This document shows, piece by piece, positions 1 through 10,900 of a stretch of DNA of 64,000 nt. The DNA is from Auanema rhodensis (Eukaryota; Animalia; Nematoda). The notes under the pieces were generated by a model. It did not search any database and was not told the DNA's origin. It saw only the letters and a program-made list of their open reading frames with translations. The DNA lies in contig OZ059900.1 in NCBI GenBank assembly GCA_964057225.1, positions 1,736,001 to 1,800,000 of the forward strand, given 5' to 3'. Numbering within the stretch: the first letter of the stretch is position 1; each line of letters opens with the position of its first letter. The position numbers and the translations under genes were made by a program.

Positions 1-348
1 TAACACCATATACTCACCGATTTTTGGTACAAAATCTGTAATACTCGTAAAATTTGATCATATTTGTTAAGATTTGAGAATCAAACACACAATACACAAA
101 ATCAGTCTATTTTTATGAGTTTACACTGATATATATTCATTTTCATCAAAAAAGGTCGAAAATAGAAAGAATTTTTGAATTTTCCGAGTTTTGAGTCGAA
201 TTGGGCTAAATCGCTCATATATATGATCAAAAGCATAGTTTTACTGTCTATGATAACAAAAGTCTTCAAATATACACTAATAATGATTAAATCACTGAAT
301 TTCACTCAAATAGCATTACTACACTAAGTATGGTCGTTTTTATGCCTT
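1..348. repeat. Representative monomer (type A, 348 bp, ~28% GC)
   Basis: The next copy starts at 349. G+C counted directly as 97/348. Confidence 0.97.
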
Positions 349-3300
349 TAACACCATATACTCACCGATTTTTGGTACAAAATCTGTAATACTTGTAAAT
401 TTTGATCATATTTGTTAAGATTCGAGAATCAAACACATAATACACAAAATAAGTCTATTTTTACAAGTTTGCACTGATATTTATTCATTTTGATCAAAAA
501 AGGTCGAAAATAGAAAGAATTTTTAAAATTTCCGAGTTTTGAGTCCAATTTGGCTAAATCGCTCATATATATGATCAAAAGCATAGTTTTATTGTCTATA
601 ACAACAAAAGTCATCAATTAAACGCTAGTGATGTTTAAATACTGAATTTCGCTCAAATAGCATTACTACACTAAGTATGGTCGTTTTTATGCCTTTAACA
701 CCATATACTCACCGATTTTTGGTACAAAATCTGTAATACTCGTAAATTTTGATCATATTCGTTAAGATTTGAGAATCAAACATACAATACACAAAATCAG
801 TCTATTTTTATGAGCTTGCACTGATATATATTCATTTTGATCAAAAAAGGTCGAAAATAGAAAGAATTTTTGAAATTTCCGAGTTTTGAGTCTAATTTGG
901 CTAAATCGCTCATATATATGATCAAAAGCATAGTTTTATTGTCTATGACAACAAAAGTCATCAATTAAATGCTAGTGATGTTTAAATACTGAATTTCGCT
1001 CAAATAGCATTACTACACTAAGTATGGTCGTTTTTATGCCTTTAACACCATATACTCACCGATTTTTGGTACAAAATCTGTAATACTCGTAAATTTTGAT
1101 CATATTCGGTGAGATTCGAGAATCAAACACACAATACACGAAATAAGTTTATTTTGACGAGTTTGCACTGGTATTTATTCATTTTGATCAAAAAAGGTCG
1201 AAAATAGAAAGAATTTTTGAATTTTCCGAGTTTTGAGTCCAATTGGGCTAAATCGCTCATATATATGATCAAAAGCATAGTTTTACTGTCTATGATAACA
1301 AAAGTCTTCAAATATACACTAATAATGATTAAATCACTGAATTTCACTCAAATAGCATTACTACACTAAGTATGGTCGTTTTTATGCCTTTAACACCATA
1401 TACTCACCGATTTTTGGTACAAAATCTGTAATACTTGTAAATTTTGATCATATTTGTTAAGATTCGAGAATCAAACACATAATACACAAAATAAGTCTAT
1501 TTTTACAAGTTTGCACTGATATTTATTCATTTTGATCAAAAAAGGTCGAAAATAGAAAGAATTTTTAAAATTTCCGAGTTTTGAGTCCAATTTGGCTAAA
1601 TCGCTCATATATATGATCAAAAGCATAGTTTTATTGTCTATAACAACAAAAGTCATCAATTAAACGCTAGTGATGTTTAAATACTGAATTTCGCTCAAAT
1701 AGCATTACTACACTAAGTATGGTCGTTTTTATGCCTTTAACACCATATACTCACCGATTTTTGGTACAAAATCTGTAATACTCGTAAATTTTGATCATAT
1801 TCGTTAAGATTTGAGAATCAAACATACAATACACAAAATCAGTCTATTTTTATGAGCTTGCACTGATATATATTCATTTTGATCAAAAAAGGTCGAAAAT
1901 AGAAAGAATTTTTGAAATTTCCGAGTTTTGAGTCTAATTTGGCTAAATCGCTCATATATATGATCAAAAGCATAGTTTTATTGTCTATGACAACAAAAGT
2001 CATCAATTAAATGCTAGTGATGTTTAAATACTGAATTTCGCTCAAATAGCATTACTACACTAAGTATGGTCGTTTTTATGCCTTTAACACCATATACTCA
2101 CCGATTTTTGGTACAAAATCTGTAATACTCGTAAATTTTGATCATATTCGGTGAGATTCGAGAATCAAACACACAATACACGAAATAAGTTTATTTTGAC
2201 GAGTTTGCACTGGTATTTATTCATTTTGATCAAAAAAGGTCGAAAATAGAAAGAATTTTTGAATTTTCCGAGTTTTGAGTCCAATTGGGCTAAATCGCTC
2301 ATATATATGATCAAAAGCATAGTTTTACTGTCTATGATAACAAAAGTCTTCAAATATACACTAATAATGTGTAAATCACTGAATTTCACTCAAATAGCTT
2401 TACTACACTAAGTATGGTCGTTTTTATGCCTTTAACACCATATACTCACCGATTTTTGGTACAAAATCTGTAATACTCGTAAATTTCGATCATATTCGTT
2501 AAGATTCGAGAATCAAACACACAATACACGAAATAAGTTTATTTTTACGAGTTTGCACTGATATTTATTCATTTTGATCAAAAAAGGTCGAAAATAGAAA
2601 GAATTTTTGAATTTTCCGAGTTTTGAGTCCAATTGGGCTAAATCGCTCATATATATGATCAAAAGCATAGTTTCACTGTCTATGATAACAAAAGTCTTCA
2701 AATATACACTAGTAATGATGAAATCACTGAATTTCACTCAAATAGCATTACTACACTAAGTATGGTCGTTTTTATGCCTTTAACACCATATACTCACCGA
2801 TTTTTGGTACAAAATCTGTAATACTCGTAAAATTTGATCATATTTGTTAAGATTTGAGAATCAAACACACAATACACAAAATCAGTCTATTTTTATGAGT
2901 TTACACTGATATATATTCATTTTGATCAAAAAAGGTCGAAAATAGAAAGAATTTTTAAAATTTCCGAGTTTTGAGTCCAATTTGGCTAAATCGCTCATAT
3001 ATATGATCAAAAGCATAGTTTTATTGTCTATAACAACAAAAGTCATCAATTAAACGCTAGTGATGTTTAAATACTGAATTTCGCTCAAATAGCATTACTA
3101 CACTAAGTATGGTCGTTTTTATGCCTTTAACACCATATACTCACCGATTTTTGGTACAAAATCTGTAATACTCGTAAATTTTGATCATATTCGTTAAGAT
3201 TTGAGAATCAAACATACAATACACAAAATCAGTCTATTTTTATGAGCTTGCACTGATATATATTCATTTTGATCAAAAAAGGTCGAAAATAGAAAGAATT

Positions 3301-6300
3301 TTTGAAATTTCCGAGTTTTGAGTCTAATTTGGCTAAATCGCTCATATATATGATCAAAAGCATAGTTTTATTGTCTATGACAACAAAAGTCATCAATTAA
3401 ATGCTAGTGATGTTCAAATACTGAATTTCGCTCAAATAGCATTACTACACTAAGTATGGTCGTTTTTATGCCTTTAACACCATATACTCACCGATTTTTG
3501 GTACAAAATCTGTAATACTCGTAAATTTTGATCATATTCGGTGAGATTCGAGAATCAAACACACAATACACGAAATAAGTTTATTTTGACGAGTTTGCAC
3601 TGGTATTTATTCATTTTGATCAAAAAAGGTCGAAAATAGAAAGAATTTTTGAATTTTCCGAGTTTTGAGTCCAATTGGGCTAAATCGCTCATATATATGA
3701 TCAAAAGCATAGTTTTACTGTCTATGATAACAAAAGTCTTCAAATATACACTAATAATGTGTAAATCACTGAATTTCACTCAAATAGCTTTACTACACTA
3801 AGTATGGTCGTTTTTATGCCTTTAACACCATATACTCACCGATTTTTGGTACAAAATCTGTAATACTCGTAAATTTCGATCATATTCGTTAAGATTCGAG
3901 AATCAAACACACAATACACGAAATAAGTTTATTTTTACGAGTTTGCACTGATATTTATTCATTTTGATCAAAAAAGGTCGAAAATAGAAAGAATTTTTGA
4001 ATTTTCCGAGTTTTGAGTCCAATTGGGCTAAATCGCTCATATATATGATCAAAAGCATAGTTTCACTGTCTATGATAACAAAAGTCTTCAAATATACACT
4101 AGTAATGATGAAATCACTGACTTTCACTCAAATAGCATTACTACACTAAGTATGGTCGTTTTTATGCCTTTAACACCATATACTCACCGATTTTTGGTAC
4201 AAAATCTGTAATACTTGTAAATTTTGATCATATTTGTTAAGATTCGAGAATCAAACACATAATACACGAAATAAGTCTATTTTTACAAGTTTGCACTGAT
4301 ATTTATTCATTTTGATCAAAAAAGGTCGAAAATAGAAAGAATTTTTGAAATTTCCGAGTTTTGAGTCCAATTTGGCTAAATCGCTCATATATATGATCAA
4401 AAGCATAGTGTTATTGTCTATAACAACAAAAGTCATCAATTAAACGCTAGTGATGTTTAAATACTGAATTTCGCTCAAATAGCATTACTACACTAAGTAT
4501 GGTCGTTTTTATGCCTTTAACACCATATACTCACCGATTTTTGGTACAAAATCTGTAATACTCGTAAATTTTGATCATATTCGTTAAGATTTGAGAATCA
4601 AACATACAATACACAAAATCAGTCTATTTTTATGAGCTTGCACTGATATATATTCATTTTGATCAAAAAAGGTCGAAAATAGAAAGAATTTTTGAAATTT
4701 CCGAGTTTTGAGTCTAATTTGGCTAAATCGCTCATATATATGATCAAAAGCATAGTTTTATTGTCTATGACAACAAAAGTCATCAATTAAATGCTAGTGA
4801 TGTTTAAATACTGAATTTCGCTCAAATAGCATTACTACACTAAGTATGGTCGTTTTTATGCCTTTAACACCATATACTCACCGATTTTTGGTACAAAATC
4901 TGTAATACTCGTAAATTTTGATCATATCCGGTGAGATTCGAGAATCAAACACACAACACACGAAATAAGTTTATTTTGACGAGTTTGCACTGGTATTTAT
5001 TCATTTTGATCAAAAAAGGTCGAAAATAGAAAGAATTTTTGAATTTTCCGAGTTTTGAGTCCAATTGGGCTAAATCGCTCATATATATGATCAAAAGCAT
5101 AGTTTTACTGTCTATGATAACAAAAGTCTTCAAATATACACTAATAATGTGTAAATCACTGAATTTCACTCAAATAGCTTTACTACACTAAGTATGGTCG
5201 TTTTTATGCCTTTAACACCATATACTCACCGATTTTTGGTACAAAATCTGTAATACTCGTAAATTTCGATCATATTCGTTAAGATTCGAGAATCAAACAC
5301 ACAATACACGAAATAAGTTTATTTTTACGAGTTTGCACTGATATTTATTCATTTTGATCAAAAAAGGTCGAAAATAGAAAGAATTTTTGAATTTTCCGAG
5401 TTTTGAGTCCAATTGGGCTAAATCGCTCATATATATGATCAAAAGCATAGTTTCACTGTCTATGATAACAAAAGTCTTCAAATATACACTAGTAATGATT
5501 AAATCACTGAATTTCACTCAAATAGCATTACTACACTAAGTATGGTCGTTTTTATGCCTTTAACACCATATACTCACCGATTTTTGGTACAAAATCTGTA
5601 ATACTTGTAAATTTTGATCATATTTGTTAAGATTCGAGAATCAAACACATAATACACGAAATAAGTCTATTTTTACAAGTTTGCACTGATATTTATTCAT
5701 TTTGATCAAAAAAAGGTCGAAAATAGAAAAATTTTTTGAAATTTCCGAGTTTTGAGTCCAATTTGGCTAAATCGCTCATATATAAGATCAAAAGCATAGT
5801 TTTATTGTCTATAACAACAAAAGTCATCAATTAAACGCTAGTGATATTTAAATACTGATTTTCGCTCAAGTAGCATTACTACACTAAGTATGGTCGTTTT
5901 TATGCCTTTAACACCATATACTCACCGATTTTTGGTACAAAATCTGTAATACTTGTAAATTTTGATCATATTCGTTAAGATTTGAGAATCGAACATACAA
6001 TACACAAAATCAGTCTATTTTTATGAGCTTGCACTGATATATATTCATTTTGATCAAAAAAGGTCGAAAATAGAAAGAATTTTTGAAATTTCCGAGTTTT
6101 GAGTCTAATTTGGCTAAATCGCTCATATATATGATCAGAAGCATAGTTTTAATGTCTATGACAACAAAAATCATCAATTAAACGCTAGTGATGTTTAAAT
6201 ACTGATTTTCGCTCAAATAGCATTACTACACTAAGTATGGTCGTTTTTATGCCTTTAACACCATATACTCACCGATTTTTGGTACAAAATCTGTAATACT

Positions 6301-7992
6301 CGTAAAATTTGATCATATTTGTTAAGATTTGAGAATCAAACACACAATACACGAAATAAGTTTATTTTGACGAGTTTGCACTGGTATTTATTCATTTTGA
6401 TCAAAAAAGGTCGAAAATAGAAAGAATTTTTGAATTTTCCGAGTTTTGAGTCCAATTGGGCTAAATCGCTCATATATATGATCAAAAGCATAGTTTTACT
6501 GTCTATGATAACAAAAGTCATCAATTAAACGCTAGTGATGTTTAAATACTGAATTTCGCTCAAATAGCATTACTACACTAAGTATGGTCGTTTTTATGCC
6601 TTTAACACCATATACTCACCGATTTTTGGTACAAAATCTGTAATACTCGTAAATTTTGATCATATTCGTTAAGATTTGAGAATCAAACATACAATACACA
6701 AAATCAGTCTATTTTTATGAGCTTGCACTGATATATATTCATTTTGATCAAAAAAGGTCGAAAATAGAAAGAATTTTTGAAATTTCCGAGTTTTGAGTCT
6801 AATTTGGCTAAATCGCTCATATATATGATCAAAAGCATAGTTTTATTGTCTATGACAACAAAAGTCATCAATTAAATGCTAGTGATGTTTAAATACTGAA
6901 TTTCGCTCAAATAGCATTACTACACTAAGTATGGTCGTTTTTATGCCTTTAACACCATATACTCACCGATTTTTGGTACAAAATCTGTAATACTCGTAAA
7001 TTTTGATCATATTCGGTGAGATTCGAGAATCAAACACACAATACACGAAATAAGTTTATTTTGACGAGTTTGCACTGGTATTTATTCATTTTGATCAAAA
7101 AAGGTCGAAAATAGAAAGAATTTTTGAATTTTCCGAGTTTTGAGTCCAATTGGGCTAAATCGCTCATGTATATGATCAAAAGCATAGTTTCACTGTCTAT
7201 GATAACAAAAGTCTTCAAATATACACTAATAATGATTAAATCACTGAATTTCACTCAAATAGCATTACTACACTAAGTATGGTCGTTTTTATGCCTTTAA
7301 CACCATATACTCACCGATTTTTGGTACAAAATCTGTAATACTTGTAAATTTTGATCATATTTGTTAAGATTCGAGAATCAAACACATAATACACAAAATA
7401 AGTCTATTTTTACAAGTTTGCACTGATATTTATTCATTTTGATCAAAAAAGGTCGAAAATAGAAAGAATTTTTGAAATTTCCGAGTTTTGAGTCCAATTT
7501 GGCTAAATCGCTCATATATATGATCAAAAGCATAGTTTTATTGTCTATAACAACAAAAGTCATCAATTAAACGCTAGTGATGTTTAAATACTGAATTTCG
7601 CTCAAATAGCATTACTACACTAAGTATGGTCGTTTTTATGCCTTTAACACCATATACTCACCGATTTTTGGTACAAAATCTGTAATACTCGTAGATTTTG
7701 ATCATATTCGGTGAGATTCGAGAATCAAACACACAATACACGAAATAAGTTTATTTTTACGAGTTTGCACTGATATTTATTCATTTTGATCAAAAAAGGT
7801 CGAAAATAGAAAGAATTTTTGAATTTTCCGAGTTTTGAGTCGAATTGGGCTAAATCGCTCATATATATGATCAAAAGCATAGTTTTACTGTCTATGATAA
7901 CAAAAGTCTTCAAATATACACTAATAATGATTAAATCACTGAATTTCACTCAAATAGCATTACTACACTAAGTATGGTCGTTTTTATGCCTT

Positions 7993-10900
7993 TAACACCA
8001 TATACTCACCGATTTTTGGTACAAAATCTGTGATACTCGTAAATTTTGATCATATTCGTTAAGATTTGAGAATCAAACATACAATACACAAAATCAGTCT
8101 ATTTTTATGAGCTTGCACTGATATATATTCATTTTGATCAAAAAAGGTCGAAAATAGAATGAATTTTTGAAATTTCCGAGTTTTGAGTCTAATTTGGCTA
8201 AATCGCTCATATATATGATCAAAAGCATAGTTTTACTGTCTATGATAACAAAAGTCTTCAAATATACACTAATAATGATTAAATCACTGATTTTCAGTCA
8301 AATAGCATTACTACACTAAGTATGGTCGTTTTTATGCCTTTAACACCATATACTCACCGATTTTTGGTACAAAATCTGTAATACTTGTAAATTTTGATCA
8401 TATTTGTTAAGATTCGAGAATCAAACACATAATACACGAAATAAGTCTATTTTTACAAGTTTGCACTGATATTTATTCATTTTGATCAAAAAAGGTCGAA
8501 AATAGAAAAATTTTTTGAAATTTCCGAGTTTTGAGTCCAATTTGGCTAAATCGCTCATATATAAGATCAAAAGCATAGTTTTATTGTCTATAACAACAAA
8601 AGTCATCAATTAAACGCTAGTGATATTTAAATACTGATTTTCGCTCAAGTAGCATTACTACACTAAGTATGGTCGTTTTCATGCCTTTAACACCATATAC
8701 TCACCGATTTTTGGTACAAAATCTGTAATACTTGTAAATTTTGATCATATTCGTTAAGATTTGAGAATCGAACATACAATACACAAAATCAGTCTATTTT
8801 TATGAGCTTGCACTGATATATATTCATTTTGATCAAAAAAGGTCGAAAATAGAAAGAATTTTTGAAATTTCCGAGTTTTGAGTCTAATTTGGCTAAATCG
8901 CTCATATATATGATCAGAAGCATAGTTTTAATGTCTATGACAACAAAAATCATCAATTAAACGCTAGTGATATTTAAATACTGATTTTCGCTCAAATAGC
9001 ATTACTACACTAAGTATGGTCGTTTTTATGCTTTTAACACCATATACTCACCGATTTTTGGTACAAAATCTGTAATACTCGTAAAATTTGATCATATTTG
9101 TTAAGATTTGAGAATCAAACACACAATACACAAAATCAGTCTATTTTTATGAGTTTACACTGATATATATTCATTTTCATCAAAAAAGGTCGAAAATAGA
9201 AAGAATTTTTGAATTTTCCGAGTTTTGAGTCGAATTGGGCTAAATCGCTCATATAAATGATCAAAAGCATAGTTTTACTGTCTATGATAACAAAAGTCTT
9301 CAAATATACACTAATAATGATTAAATCACTGAATTTCACTCAAATAGCATTACTACACTAAGTATGGTCGTTTTTATGCCTTTAACACCATATACTCACC
9401 GATTTTTGGTACAAAATCTGTAATACTCGTAAATTTCGATCATATTCGTTAAGATTCGAGAATCAAACACACAATACACGAAATAAGTTTATTTTGACGA
9501 ATTTGCACTGATATTTATTCATTTTGATCAAAAAAGGTCGAAAATAGAAAGAATTTTTTAATTTTCCGAGTTTTGAGTCCAATTGGGCTAAATCGCTCAT
9601 ATATATGATCAAAAGCATAGTTTCACTGTCTATGATAACAAAAGTCTTCAAATATACACTAGTAATGATTAAATCACTGAATTTCACTCAAATAGCATTA
9701 CTACACTAAGTATGGTCGTTTTTATGCCTTTAACACCATATACTCACCGATTTTTGGTACAAAATCTGTAATACTTGTAAATTTTGATCATATTTGTTAA
9801 GATTCGAGAATCAAACACATAATACACGAAATAAGTCTATTTTTACAAGTTTGCACTGATATTTATTCATTTTGATCAAAAAAAGGTCGAAAATAGAAAA
9901 ATTTTTTGAAATTTCCGAGTTTTGAGTCCAATTTGGCTAAATCGCTCATATATAAGATCAAAAGCATAGTTTTATTGTCTATAACAACAAAAGTCATCAA
10001 TTAAACGCTAGTGATATTTAAATACTGATTTTCGCTCAAGTAGCATTACTACACTAAGTATGGTCGTTTTTATGCCTTTAACACCATATACTCACCGATT
10101 TTTGGTACAAAATCTGTAATACTTGTAAATTTTGATCATATTCGTTAAGATTTGAGAATCGAACATACAATACACAAAATCAGTCTATTTTTATGAGCTT
10201 GCACTGATATATATTCATTTTGATCAAAAAAGGTCGAAAATAGAAAGAATTTTTGAAATTTCCGAGTTTTGAGTCTAATTTGGCTAAATCGCTCATATAT
10301 ATGATCAGAAGCATAGTTTTAATGTCTATGACAACAAAAATCATCAATTAAACGCTAGTGATATTTAAATACTGATTTTCGCTCAAGTAGCATTACTACA
10401 CTAAGTATGGTCGTTTTTATGCCTTTAACACCATATACTCACCGATTTTTGGTACAAAATCTGTAATACTTGTAAATTTTGATCATATTCGTTAAGATTT
10501 GAGAATCGAACATACAATACACAAAATCAGTCTATTTTTATGAGCTTGCACTGATATATATTCATTTTGATCAAAAAAGGTCGAAAATAGAAAGAATTTT
10601 TGAATTTTCCGAGTTTTGAGTCGAATTGGGCTAAATCGCTCATATATATGATCAAAAGCATAGTTTTACTGTCTATGATAACAAAAGTCTTCAAATATAC
10701 ACTAATAATGATTAAATCACTGAATTTCACTCAAATAGCATTACTACACTAAGTATGGTCGTTTTTATGCCTTTAACACCATATACTCACCGATTTTTGG
10801 TACAAAATCTGTAATACTCGTAAATTTCGATCATATTCGTTAAGATTCGAGAATCAAACACACAATACACGAAATAAGTTTATTTTGACGAATTTGCACT

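Noticed and set aside
55-229. ~87-bp quarter-monomer periodicity suggested by TGATCA at 55, ~143 and 224
   Set aside because: Spacings are uneven (88, 81, 179), a fourth site is absent and flanking similarity is poor. Only the dimer structure has several collinear supporting motifs.
1-348. Assignment to a named ~350-bp satellite family or organism
   Set aside because: Similar unit lengths occur in unrelated plants and insects. I do not recognise the sequence and cannot run a database search.
1-348. 5S rRNA, tRNA, snRNA or spliced-leader tandem gene unit
   Set aside because: About 28% GC, with no recognisable 5S sequence, cloverleaf, A/B boxes or known leader sequence.
2494-2511. CENP-B-box-like motif attcgttaagattcgaga, present only in E-type monomers
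   Set aside because: Matching the core NTTCGNNNNANNCGGGN needs a 1-bp insertion plus a mismatch. That is too weak and is explainable by chance retention of two CpGs.
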